Sequence record: PP952733.1
Origin: Escherichia phage vB_EcoM_H12
Direction: 5' to 3' (one strand)
Length of the DNA stretch: 64,000 bases
Shown: positions 53,934 to 62,270 of the stretch, piece after piece
Layout: the number at the start of each line of letters is the position of its first letter
How positions within the stretch are numbered: position 1 is the first letter of the stretch
The notes under the pieces: generated by a model
Seen by the model: only the letters and a program-made list of their open reading frames with translations
Told to the model about the DNA's origin: nothing
The model's database searches: none
Position numbers and translations under genes: made by a program

Positions 53934-54409
53934 GAGAAAAACTTATGAACAATATCATTACGGTAGCACTGGACGATACGGCAAACAAATCTGAAGTAGT
54001 TCGTAAAATGATTCAAGGTAACTTTGAAGGTAAAATTTTCCGTGCTGTTAATGTAAAAGCTGATGGCAGCATTCGTGAATATCGTGCATTGTTGAATGTT
54101 AAAAAGCACGTAAAAGGTGCTGGTTCAACGACTGCACACAAAGAAAACCTGATGACTATCTACGATATGGGTAAGGCTTCAGAGTTAGGTGCTGAAGGTA
54201 TCGTTAAAGAAGGTGCTCCGTATCGCTCTTTCAATCTGGAAACTACTCTTATGCTTTCCTTTACAAGTGGTTCTAAAACAATCACTTATCTCTTTACTGA
54301 TGCTGCAACGGTATCTGCTATTAAGGATAGCACTGTCAAAGCTGGCGTAGTTGCTGCTGCAAAAGCTTCTTCGATGGCTGCAAATATCCTTGCTAAAGTC
54401 CTCGGTTAA
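53930..54409 (+). CDS. hypothetical protein
   Basis: 159 aa; followed by strong terminator. Confidence 0.35.
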   Translation: MREKLMNNIITVALDDTANKSEVVRKMIQGNFEGKIFRAVNVKADGSIREYRALLNVKKHVKGAGSTTAHKENLMTIYDMGKASELGAEGIVKEGAPYRSFNLETTLMLSFTSGSKTITYLFTDAATVSAIKDSTVKAGVVAAAKASSMAANILAKVLG

Positions 54410-54421
54410 GGTTAAGATACA

Positions 54422-54443
54422 GGCTCCTTCGGGAGCCTTTTTC
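54422..54443 (+). terminator. intrinsic terminator
   Basis: GGCTCC-TTCG-GGAGCC then TTTTT. Confidence 0.65.
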
Positions 54444-54461
54444 ATTTCAGGAGATTGTTAA

Positions 54462-54809
54462 ATGACATTTAAAGAGTTCTGCCAAGCTACTTTCATAATT
54501 GTTTTCTTAGTTGGAGCAGGTGTCTGGGGAGGATACTCTTACAGAGACTACCAAGTTGCTGAAGCTGAGCTAAATAATGAGAGACTAATAAGTGTTGCCA
54601 AAGATGCTTATCAGGAAGGTTTAGCCACACTCAGCGCCAATTACAAAAATGATTTGAAAGATGTGCTTGCTAAGAATAAGCACACAAAAGAGGTACTAAC
54701 GTATGAAAAGACTAAGCCAGAGTTTTATAATGTTTGTGTTACTGATAATTATGTCAGGGTGTTCAACGAACAAAGTGAACAGTACATTCAAAAACTCCCA
54801 AGTAAGTGA
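54462..54809 (+). CDS. inner-membrane spanin (Rz-like)
   Basis: N-terminal TM helix (FIIVFLVGAGVWGGYSY), coiled-coil periplasmic domain; Rz1-like ORF embedded. Confidence 0.5.
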   Translation: MTFKEFCQATFIIVFLVGAGVWGGYSYRDYQVAEAELNNERLISVAKDAYQEGLATLSANYKNDLKDVLAKNKHTKEVLTYEKTKPEFYNVCVTDNYVRVFNEQSEQYIQKLPSK

Positions 54810-54972
54810 GAGTGACAAGTACACTCAAGAAGAGTCAAGATTCACTATCAAAGGTAATACTGGTAGTGATGTGGCAGCAGCCCTTGAGTTTTATCGTGAT
54901 GGTTTTTACCAGTGCACAATCAAAGCTAATAACCTTATTGATATGATTTTATTAGGAAACAAACAGCAATGA
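54703..54972 (+). CDS. outer-membrane lipoprotein spanin (Rz1-like)
   Basis: Lipoprotein signal with lipobox IMSGC; starts inside the Rz-like gene in another frame. Confidence 0.5.
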   Translation: MKRLSQSFIMFVLLIIMSGCSTNKVNSTFKNSQVSESDKYTQEESRFTIKGNTGSDVAAALEFYRDGFYQCTIKANNLIDMILLGNKQQ

Positions 54973-55238
54973 CAGAGAATGAAGACACTTTCTATGTAGA
55001 AGGTTACTTACTGCTACCACGACCAAAAGAAACTTATATGCGGGTTGATTTCTCACCAACCATTATGGATAACGTGATGTGTCATATCTTTATGCAAGGT
55101 GTCACAGCACAGCTTAAGCATGTTGGTAAAGAGTGCAAAATAAAGGTTGACACTCATCCAGAAATCAAAGAGAATCACTACACATGGTTCTTACCAGACT
55201 ATAAAGAAATCTTAGCAGTTCTTAAAACGAGGAAATGA
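54969..55238 (+). CDS. hypothetical protein
   Basis: 89 aa, coupled. Confidence 0.3.
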   Translation: MTENEDTFYVEGYLLLPRPKETYMRVDFSPTIMDNVMCHIFMQGVTAQLKHVGKECKIKVDTHPEIKENHYTWFLPDYKEILAVLKTRK

Positions 55239-55549
55239 TTATGCAATTCCAGCCAACAAATCGTGGATTTTCTTATGCAGAATTTAAAGATGCTAAAGGG
55301 GAAATTTGTACTTTACAAGAGAGTTCATCATATGAACCATGTATCTGGTTAGGTGCTAAAGAGGTCTCTGTTCAGTACCTAGATGGTGGCTGGAAAACAC
55401 TTGATATCCCAGCATTAGTAGGCAAAGATTTTGTAGGTAACCAAAGAATGAAACTCAACCAAGAACAGGTGAAAGAGTTATTACCATACCTTCAGTACTT
55501 TGCTGAAAATGGTGAATTACCAACAGAGGAACTTACAAATGCAGATTAA
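55235..55549 (+). CDS. hypothetical protein
   Basis: 104 aa, coupled. Confidence 0.3.
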   Translation: MIMQFQPTNRGFSYAEFKDAKGEICTLQESSSYEPCIWLGAKEVSVQYLDGGWKTLDIPALVGKDFVGNQRMKLNQEQVKELLPYLQYFAENGELPTEELTNAD

Positions 55550-55865
55550 TGGAAGAGACTTTGTAGCCGTTTACTACGAGAACGATAAAGAAGTTGGCGT
55601 AGCACAAGTATCTTATGGTAATGGTAAGTGGTTGTATGGGACAGTCGCAGTAGTCGGAACAAGAAGTGATACAAAAACTTTTAAAGATTGTGTTGACCTT
55701 CTTGAAGAATCCATACACAATCATTGGTGTCTGATATGGATGACTGACAACGAAGTGATAGAACGCTTCAAAAAGATTGGTATCAACATAGACAGCATTG
55801 AGCATGTTGACTTGTATGAACTGACTGAGAAGGTAAATTATGAGAGTAATTCTAGCCAGAGATAA
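55539..55865 (+). CDS. hypothetical protein
   Basis: Track ORF begins at TTG 55500; ATG at 55539 with GAGG 10 nt upstream is the likelier start. Confidence 0.3.
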   Translation: MQINGRDFVAVYYENDKEVGVAQVSYGNGKWLYGTVAVVGTRSDTKTFKDCVDLLEESIHNHWCLIWMTDNEVIERFKKIGINIDSIEHVDLYELTEKVNYESNSSQR

Positions 55866-56067
55866 AAAGACACGGAAAATTATCCGGTCAGCAGTATTCA
55901 TTGGAAGAAATAAAGTGATTCCATTTACAGCAAACGATGTGATAGCCTACAGGGAAAAATTAGCATTTAGTTATTGCTTGCGTGGCTTCATCTCACAACC
56001 ATTGGAAGACTTCAAAAGTCGTTGTGGTAAAGGCATCATCATTCAAGAGGCAATTATCAATGGCTGA
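55840..56067 (+). CDS. hypothetical protein
   Basis: 75 aa; stop overlaps next start (ATGGCTGA). Confidence 0.3.
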   Translation: MRVILARDKKTRKIIRSAVFIGRNKVIPFTANDVIAYREKLAFSYCLRGFISQPLEDFKSRCGKGIIIQEAIING

Positions 56068-56260
56068 CTTCTGCAAAGATTGTTCTATAGAAATGTTTGG
56101 ACGTGATACAGGTGACTTAAAAGGTCTTATCACTGAAGATGACTTTAAAGCTGGCTATGCAATGCCAGTAATCTGTGAAGGTTGTGGATGTATCTGGGTA
56201 GACCACGAAGGACAACGTGTAAAACCTTCAGAAGATAAAGAATCTTGGGAGAGATGTTAA
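56060..56260 (+). CDS. small zinc-ribbon protein
   Basis: CKDC ... CEGCGC; track ORF 55982 trimmed to in-frame ATG at 56060. Confidence 0.3.
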   Translation: MADFCKDCSIEMFGRDTGDLKGLITEDDFKAGYAMPVICEGCGCIWVDHEGQRVKPSEDKESWERC

Positions 56261-57046
56261 ATGGGTATTGTAAAAATCATCAATGGGGATATCTTCTCAG
56301 CATTTGATAAAGGTAAGTTTGATGTTATTGGTCACGGTTGCAACTGTATGAATTTAATGGGTGCAGGTATCGCTGACAAGATTTCTAAACTTTATCCAAA
56401 AGCATATGAGACCGATACAGAAGTTTATCTGTATGCAGGTGGAATAGGCCACAAACCTTGTGAAAATTTACTAGGGAATTTCTCTGTAGCACGTTTAGAA
56501 CAAGGCCGTATAGCTAACCTTTACACTCAGCTTAAGACTGGTAAAGATGCCCGATACAGTGCTTTAGAGTCATCTTTGAAACAACTTAACAGATACTGTG
56601 AAGTCAATCAGTTGAAGAAAGTTGGGTTACCTATGATTGGTGCAGGTATCGGTGGACTAGACCCTCAAGCCGTCGCAGTTATCATTAATCAGGTGATGAA
56701 GAGTGTAGATGTGTATCTGTATGTCTACGAAGGCGAGATGTACCACAAGTTACGCTCAGGTTGGAAGAACTACTGTGAACCAGAATACTTTGCAGGTGTA
56801 GTAATGTTCACAGATGATACAGTTACCCTCTTCAGACGAAGAAAAGGTAAGATACATCAAAGTAACCCTCCGGTTGAGAAGATGTCTCTAAGTAACGCTC
56901 TAGTTACCCACCTGTCGAAGAGCAATCACAGAATTGCAGTAACATTTGGCAGTGATGCAGACGCTTACATCTATGCAAGAACTGATGAGGATATTGATAC
57001 AGTTTTCTCTTCACCGGAAGTAACCTTCTTAGACGCAAAGAACTAA
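56261..57046 (+). CDS. macro-domain protein (ADP-ribose binding / processing)
   Basis: N-terminal GDI ... DVIGHGCNCMNLMGAGIADKI and later VGLPMIGAGIGGLDPQAV align with macro-domain motifs (compare E. coli YmdB, as recalled). Confidence 0.7.
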   Translation: MGIVKIINGDIFSAFDKGKFDVIGHGCNCMNLMGAGIADKISKLYPKAYETDTEVYLYAGGIGHKPCENLLGNFSVARLEQGRIANLYTQLKTGKDARYSALESSLKQLNRYCEVNQLKKVGLPMIGAGIGGLDPQAVAVIINQVMKSVDVYLYVYEGEMYHKLRSGWKNYCEPEYFAGVVMFTDDTVTLFRRRKGKIHQSNPPVEKMSLSNALVTHLSKSNHRIAVTFGSDADAYIYARTDEDIDTVFSSPEVTFLDAKN

Positions 57047-57109
57047 GAAACTCTGTAGAATATTCACAATAGACTAAGCCTTTCTTATCTGGTAAATTTT
57101 TCAGGTAAG

Positions 57110-57302
57110 GAGGGCTTTTTCATTTTAGGATTGTGCAGGTAGAGTTCTGTATAGAAATCTGTAGAGAAAATTTTGAACTCCAAAGAGAAAATTCATTTTC
57201 AAACTGTGCAGGTAATCTCCAAAGAGCTTTTTCATTTTCAAAACGTGCAGACCCCGCTCAGGTCGGGCAAGAAAAATCATTTTAGAATTGTGCAGGTAGG
57301 TG
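57110..57302. repeat. degenerate direct repeats (4 copies) in ~500 bp non-coding region
   Basis: Four copies of (A/T)TCATTTT(A/C)(A/G)(A/G)A(A/C/T)(T/C)GTGCAG(G/A)(T/C), two preceded by CTCCAAAGAG. Confidence 0.55.
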
Positions 57303-57473
57303 GGTACAGGTGGGGATGTCGCCATTTCTCACAAGGCTACCACATCTGGAAATAAAAGTCAACATAAAAATTTGTAGAGGATTGAAAAATAATTCTTGAT
57401 TGTAGTTCTGTTTTGTGGTAGTCGCGTGCGCCCGTTTCATTACAGTTTTTGCAAAAATATTTTTAAAAATTTT

Positions 57474-57502
57474 CTTGACTCTTTGAACGTGGTTATCTAA
57501 TA
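57474..57502 (+). promoter_or_regulatory. sigma70-like promoter, first unit of small-gene array
   Basis: TTGACT-N17-TAATAT. Confidence 0.55.
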
Positions 57503-57555
57503 TTTGCATCAGACGGGGCGACAAGCTCAACAACCTTAAACTAGGAGATTCAAAA

Positions 57556-57936
57556 ATGGCATATCGTGCACCTAAATTCATCAACAAAGACAACTTTCGC
57601 AACACACTGGAGAAGTCACTTGATGAAAATTTTAAAGGTAACATTATCGTTGTTCACGCATTCAATTTTAAGTATGATGTAAACGGGAATAGAATCAACC
57701 ATTACACGGCAACCATGTTAGATGGTACGCTATCAAGTGAAAAAGCTGTACTGAATGCACTTGCTGGACGCGGTAAAAACCTGATAAAATGTGATAAGAG
57801 ACGTTATCAGGGTGGCGCATATGGTTATGATGATGCTGTTTACCATCTTGAAAATATGGGCTATTCAGTAGAGAAAGCTGGAGCGTCTCAAATAATCGGT
57901 AGTGATGGTTATGTGACAATTTTCAAAATTAACTGA
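57556..57936 (+). CDS. small-gene array: hypothetical protein
   Basis: 126 aa; conserved leader CTAGGAGATTCAAAAATG. Confidence 0.45.
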   Translation: MAYRAPKFINKDNFRNTLEKSLDENFKGNIIVVHAFNFKYDVNGNRINHYTATMLDGTLSSEKAVLNALAGRGKNLIKCDKRRYQGGAYGYDDAVYHLENMGYSVEKAGASQIIGSDGYVTIFKIN

Positions 57937-57940
57937 TAAA

Positions 57941-58024
57941 GTACTTTACAAGGGGCTTATAGTTCGATAAAGTAAGCCCCAGATAAAGAGCTTTATCACT
58001 CAATCCTAAATTGGAGATTCTAAG
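57941..58024 (+). repeat. type-1 intergenic element (hairpin + conserved box + leader)
   Basis: ACTTTACA, hairpin GGGGCTTA/TAAGCCCC (57952-57980), AGATAAAGAGCTTTATCAC box. Confidence 0.55.
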
Positions 58025-58318
58025 ATGGCTATTATCAAAAACGTTGTAATTACTGCAAAAACTCGTGATGATGCTCGCGTTATGGCTAAAAAGTTATGCG
58101 GGAAAGTGATTGACAACGGAAAACAATCTGCTGTAAGATGGGGCGTGAAGACTGATAAACAGTTGAAGCTAAAAAATTCACCAATAAACCTTTTTACATG
58201 TGTAAACACTATCGGGAAGACAAATGTATACACGAAAAAGGCATATATCAGACGCGTAGCCATGACATCACCTATTCGCACAATGAGAAGTCATGCAAAG
58301 CTGAAAATTAATCGTTAA
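58025..58318 (+). CDS. small-gene array: basic hypothetical protein
   Basis: 97 aa; conserved leader. Confidence 0.45.
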   Translation: MAIIKNVVITAKTRDDARVMAKKLCGKVIDNGKQSAVRWGVKTDKQLKLKNSPINLFTCVNTIGKTNVYTKKAYIRRVAMTSPIRTMRSHAKLKINR

Positions 58319-58320
58319 AG

Positions 58321-58404
58321 TACTTTACAGGGGCTTGAAAGCTGATATCTTAAACCCCAGATAAAGAGCTTTACCACTCAATCCTTAAACTAGGAGATTC
58401 AAAA
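58321..58404 (+). repeat. type-1 intergenic element
   Basis: ACTTTACA, imperfect hairpin with AAGCTGATA loop, AGATAAAGAGCTTTACCAC box. Confidence 0.5.
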
Positions 58405-58917
58405 ATGAAAACTGTAGACGCTACCTTTGAAGTTGTAAAAGAAAAATTCACCATTATTTATGAAGCTGTTAATTGCTTTGAAGCAAGCCATAACCTTGAT
58501 AATTGGGAGTTTACAGATGACCATCAAGGCGGCGTGACTATTAAAAACCCCAACTGTCAGCGTAATGATTTTAAATATGCAATCCCTTTACATTACAGCC
58601 TTAAACAGCTTTCAAGTGACTATGCAAAACAAGGCCGGGAAAATCCATCAAAAGAGGCTTACATAAGCTTACAGAAAGAACTAGAAAGAGATTTAGAGGC
58701 TTCAGAATACAACCTTGCCGCGAAAGTTGTCGATGCAAATGGTCAAACAATTTTAGATAGTTTTTATATTGGTTACGCTTTCGATTGGTGCTATAGTGAC
58801 GGCGATGATTTAGAGGATAGACTAAAAGAAGAGGTGAGCAATTCAGACGCAGAATCTGAAGTATTAGAACGCTTGGAAGCATTAAAAGATTCAGTGATGA
58901 ATATCTTTAAGAACTAA
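58405..58917 (+). CDS. small-gene array: acidic hypothetical protein
   Basis: 170 aa; conserved leader. Confidence 0.45.
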   Translation: MKTVDATFEVVKEKFTIIYEAVNCFEASHNLDNWEFTDDHQGGVTIKNPNCQRNDFKYAIPLHYSLKQLSSDYAKQGRENPSKEAYISLQKELERDLEASEYNLAAKVVDANGQTILDSFYIGYAFDWCYSDGDDLEDRLKEEVSNSDAESEVLERLEALKDSVMNIFKN

Positions 58918-58920
58918 ATA

Positions 58921-59004
58921 GATTTCTTTACACGGGGCTATCAAGCTGATAAGATAGCCCCAGATAAAGAGATTTATCAACTATCCTAAACTGGAGATTC
59001 AAAA
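58921..59004 (+). repeat. type-1 intergenic element
   Basis: CTTTACA, hairpin GGGGCTATC/GATAGCCCC with AAGCTGATA loop, AGATAAAGAG box. Confidence 0.55.
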
Positions 59005-59301
59005 ATGAAATTATCAAATAAAGTCCGTGAAAATCTAAGCAAGTTACTCAACAAAATTGATTTTATCGAGACATCAAGGAATAGTCATGATGTTATGGAA
59101 TGGTTACACGGAAAAATCAAAGGCCGTCGTGTAGTGATTTGCTTATGGAATAGTTGCAGGGAATATAAAAAACCTGTATTACAAGTCAATATCTATGATG
59201 ATACTTTTAAAAGCCCTGTAAAGTCTAAAAGTGATTTATTAGAATCCTATGAGATAACTGTAAATGGCAAAGTATCACGTAAAGAGGAAACACCATGTTA
59301 A
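59005..59301 (+). CDS. small-gene array: hypothetical protein
   Basis: 98 aa; conserved leader. Confidence 0.45.
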   Translation: MKLSNKVRENLSKLLNKIDFIETSRNSHDVMEWLHGKIKGRRVVICLWNSCREYKKPVLQVNIYDDTFKSPVKSKSDLLESYEITVNGKVSRKEETPC

Positions 59302-59627
59302 TGACTGGTATCACTGCAATCATTGCCATTTTCGCGCTATATAAGGCATATAAAGCCTATAATCTAGCAAATAAGGCAATCACACAGCAGGTTAGCAATA
59401 GCCTTGTAGAAAGCTTTCTAGGGCGTCTCAGTGATGAGCAAATAAAGCGGTTAGAAATGAGCTTCAGATTCAAAGCGAAAACCTATCAGATAAGTGACAT
59501 CTTCAAGGATGATTTTCAGCTTGTCGATGATTATAACTCTCTGATAAATGCTTTAAATATCAGTGATTTAAAAGATTATCATGCTGTAATAGTTCAAGAA
59601 TTGAGCAAACGAAAAAATTCCTCTTGA
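59295..59627 (+). CDS. small-gene array: membrane-anchored hypothetical protein
   Basis: 110 aa; N-terminal TM helix; coupled to upstream gene. Confidence 0.4.
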   Translation: MLMTGITAIIAIFALYKAYKAYNLANKAITQQVSNSLVESFLGRLSDEQIKRLEMSFRFKAKTYQISDIFKDDFQLVDDYNSLINALNISDLKDYHAVIVQELSKRKNSS

Positions 59628-59652
59628 TTTTGGTTTTTAAAACAAGTAAATT
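59624..59652 (+). promoter_or_regulatory. type-2 promoter
   Basis: TTGATT-N17-TAAATT; then 5' hairpin GGGAGG-GATAA-CCTCCC (59663-59679). Confidence 0.55.
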
Positions 59653-59714
59653 ACTAATCAACGGGAGGGATAACCTCCCTACTAAGTAAAGTCCTTAAAC
59701 TAGGAGATTCAAAA

Positions 59715-59987
59715 ATGTACACTACTAACAACGGTCGCACTTTAAACGTAACCCTGCGCCACTATGTGAACGGTGTAATGCACTTCGAGGATTTACAAGC
59801 TGAACAACATATACTAGATTGGCAACTTGCAGGACTCCAAAAAACTGCTACCGGATACGGGAAAAAGATTCCAACTAGCTGGAAAGTATACTACGAAGGA
59901 CGTTTGCGCAGAATTTATCAAGATGTATGCAGCAATAGCGCATCAAGTTACATCATGGTAAAGGGTAAAAAATTACACTTAGCATAA
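59715..59987 (+). CDS. small-gene array: hypothetical protein
   Basis: 90 aa; conserved leader. Confidence 0.45.
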   Translation: MYTTNNGRTLNVTLRHYVNGVMHFEDLQAEQHILDWQLAGLQKTATGYGKKIPTSWKVYYEGRLRRIYQDVCSNSASSYIMVKGKKLHLA

Positions 59988-60072
59988 AGTACTTTACAAG
60001 GGGCTTATAGTTCGATAAAGTAAGCCCCAGATAAAGAGCTTTATCACTCAATCCTAAATTGGAGATTCTAAA
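59988..60072 (+). repeat. type-1 intergenic element (near-identical to 57941-58024)
   Basis: Same ACTTTACA-hairpin-AGATAAAGAG sequence. Confidence 0.55.
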
Positions 60073-60477
60073 ATGGCTATTAATAATCGTGAGTTATCAA
60101 TCTTAAAAGCACGTTTGACCGTTAACCGGATTAATGTTATTACGTCATCAGCACCGGATGAGACATTGCACAACATTATCGGGAAGATTCAAAGTGTTAT
60201 CTTAGACGTTGAAAACGTAAAAAATTCATTAGCTGACGTTGCAGCAGGTATCACGCTAGACGGTGCACAATATGAAATGGCTGACATGTTAGGCAAATCT
60301 AAGGTAATGAATAAAGAGCTTGATTTAAAAATGTTCCGCTTTGCCGTGAAAGTGTGGCTATCTGTCGAGTATGACGCAAATTTTGCAATCGCTGACTTTT
60401 TCGCAACATGGTTGCAACGTAATTTAACAAATCATGATTTCCGTGATATCTGCGACGTAATTTACGCAGAACTTTAA
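60073..60477 (+). CDS. small-gene array: hypothetical protein
   Basis: 134 aa; conserved leader. Confidence 0.45.
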   Translation: MAINNRELSILKARLTVNRINVITSSAPDETLHNIIGKIQSVILDVENVKNSLADVAAGITLDGAQYEMADMLGKSKVMNKELDLKMFRFAVKVWLSVEYDANFAIADFFATWLQRNLTNHDFRDICDVIYAEL

Positions 60478-60487
60478 AAATTTCTCT

Positions 60488-60516
60488 TGATTTTGGTTTT
60501 TAAAACAAGTAAATTA
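60488..60516 (+). promoter_or_regulatory. type-2 promoter
   Basis: TTGATT-N17-TAAATT plus GGGAGG/CCTCCC 5' hairpin; near-identical to 59611-59714. Confidence 0.55.
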
Positions 60517-60577
60517 CTAATCAACGGGAGGGATAACCTCCCTACTAAGTAAAGTCCTTAAACTAGGAGATTCAAAA

Positions 60578-60778
60578 ATGGCTATTATTAACGGCTTAAA
60601 CATTGAAACTACTCACATCAAAGATATCAAAGTTGGTGATATAGTCCTTTTTCACGGCGTAGAAAAAACTGTTACTTCAAAGGATATCAAAGAGGACTCT
60701 TTCATGGGCCGGTCTCTCTTCGGTGATTCTTATTGCTTAGGTTACCGCGCAGTTTTAAAAGTTGTCAAAAATAACTGA
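60578..60778 (+). CDS. small-gene array: hypothetical protein
   Basis: 66 aa; conserved leader. Confidence 0.4.
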   Translation: MAIINGLNIETTHIKDIKVGDIVLFHGVEKTVTSKDIKEDSFMGRSLFGDSYCLGYRAVLKVVKNN

Positions 60779-60780
60779 TA

Positions 60781-60866
60781 AAGTACTTTACAGGGGGCTT
60801 AAAAGCTGATATCTTAAGCCCCAGATAAAGAGCTTTACCACATTAATCCTAAACTGGAGATTCAAA
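60781..60866 (+). repeat. type-1 intergenic element
   Basis: ACTTTACA, hairpin GGGGCTTAA/TTAAGCCCC with AAGCTGATA loop, AGATAAAGAG box. Confidence 0.55.
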
Positions 60867-61409
60867 ATGAAATGCTTTCACGGTACTACTCAAGAAAACT
60901 TCGTCAACCTGATTAATAACGGTGATAAACCATCAGGCGCATGGAATTGTTCTGATATGGATGGGAATTTCTACGTTTATCCAGAAAATAAAATCTATGT
61001 CGACGATGAGGAAGAAATAATCTCTGAAGGCATTCAACAAGCTTTAGGCAATGCCACTATAACGGCAGCTTTTCAGATGAAAACTCAAAACATTGTTATC
61101 TTGGAACTTGATATCCCAGAGGATGAGTTGAATGATGATTATTCTTGTGATAATATGTCGAGCGTGGCAAGTTTTACAGAGTATTTCGATATAAGCTGGA
61201 TTAAAAAGGTTTATATCACTGAATTTAATGCTATGTTTTCACCTTTTTGTCTTCCTTCACTGGATAACCCGAACTTAAACTATCTTGATGAGTCTCTGGA
61301 ACTTCTCGCTAAAAGTGTTCAACAATCAGACAGTATTCAGGTTTTTTGTGACATCATGGATACACTAACAGGAAACATCATAGAAAGTGATTTGAAGAGC
61401 TTTTTATAA
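60867..61409 (+). CDS. small-gene array: acidic hypothetical protein
   Basis: 180 aa; conserved leader variant. Confidence 0.45.
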   Translation: MKCFHGTTQENFVNLINNGDKPSGAWNCSDMDGNFYVYPENKIYVDDEEEIISEGIQQALGNATITAAFQMKTQNIVILELDIPEDELNDDYSCDNMSSVASFTEYFDISWIKKVYITEFNAMFSPFCLPSLDNPNLNYLDESLELLAKSVQQSDSIQVFCDIMDTLTGNIIESDLKSFL

Positions 61410-61441
61410 AAACCTATGCAATCACCCTATAAACACTGATT

Positions 61442-61462
61442 AGCCCCTCACAGGGGCTTTTA
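61442..61462 (+). terminator. probable intrinsic terminator
   Basis: AGCCCC-TCACA-GGGGCT then TTTT. Confidence 0.45.
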
Positions 61463-61475
61463 GGAGGCTTTAATC

Positions 61476-61709
61476 ATGCTTACAACCATTTACCTCATCC
61501 TTTCTATTTGTAATGGTCATTCATGCGATTTTAAAGGGCTTGAGGAGTTTACAGGGAGTAAAGAAAATGCTATTCAAGTTTGCCAGATAGCAAGACAAGA
61601 CTACCCCGCCAGTGATGATATACAATGCTACTTCAAAACAGAAGATAATGACGGCGTTTATTTTGATAGTGTCGATGGTCAATATGAAATTATCATTGAA
61701 AAAGACTAG
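61476..61709 (+). CDS. small-gene array: hypothetical protein (possible signal peptide)
   Basis: 77 aa; hydrophobic N-terminus; AGGAGG RBS. Confidence 0.4.
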   Translation: MLTTIYLILSICNGHSCDFKGLEEFTGSKENAIQVCQIARQDYPASDDIQCYFKTEDNDGVYFDSVDGQYEIIIEKD

Positions 61710-61735
61710 ACAAGCCTGATAAAAGTCTGTAAATT
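61707..61735 (+). promoter_or_regulatory. type-2 promoter
   Basis: TAGACA-N17-TAAATT then GGGGAGGGAATGACCTTCCCC hairpin. Confidence 0.5.
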
Positions 61736-61800
61736 ACTAATCAACGGGGAGGGAATGACCTTCCCCACTAAATAAAGTCCTTAAACTAGGAGATTCAAAA

Positions 61801-62142
61801 ATGGCTTATGTAACCGTAATTACCGACAAGGCTGGCTCATCTTGGTCAACTCAAGTAAGCGATAAGATGACACCTATGCAGTGCCTAAAATACTTTGAGC
61901 AGTGGAATAAAGGCGAGGATGTCAGCCCCTTTCAAGTCATGCAGATTATCCATACAGATAACGAAGGGAATAAAACTGTTTTGAATAGTGAGTACTACGC
62001 AACCCGATTTGAAACGAGATGTAAAGCAATGAAGCTCTTGCGTGAGTCTGGCTATTCTCATATTGCCTCACTAATCTGGGATGACCTTCTAAAAAATCAG
62101 CGTATCAGCTATGTAAAACCTGAAAAAATATTCATCAGTTAA
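61801..62142 (+). CDS. small-gene array: hypothetical protein
   Basis: 113 aa; conserved leader. Confidence 0.45.
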   Translation: MAYVTVITDKAGSSWSTQVSDKMTPMQCLKYFEQWNKGEDVSPFQVMQIIHTDNEGNKTVLNSEYYATRFETRCKAMKLLRESGYSHIASLIWDDLLKNQRISYVKPEKIFIS

Positions 62143-62270
62143 TCAATAACTTACAAAAAACTTTTAAAAAAGTGTTGACAATACCCCTTGACATTGGTAA
62201 CTTTGTTCGAGGGGGTTTATCTAAAAGGATTCACTTAAAAGATTCTTTATAGATAAACTTAAAAAATTGC

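Noticed and set aside
57110-57302. Possible CRISPR array (spaced direct repeats)
   Set aside because: Only four copies, repeats about 26 bp and clearly degenerate, spacers of irregular length, and no cas genes anywhere in the window; more consistent with iterons or regulatory repeats.
57125-57355. Overlapping short ORFs on both strands in the 57.1-57.4 kb region
   Set aside because: They coincide with the tandem direct repeats, so the open frames are a by-product of repeat periodicity.
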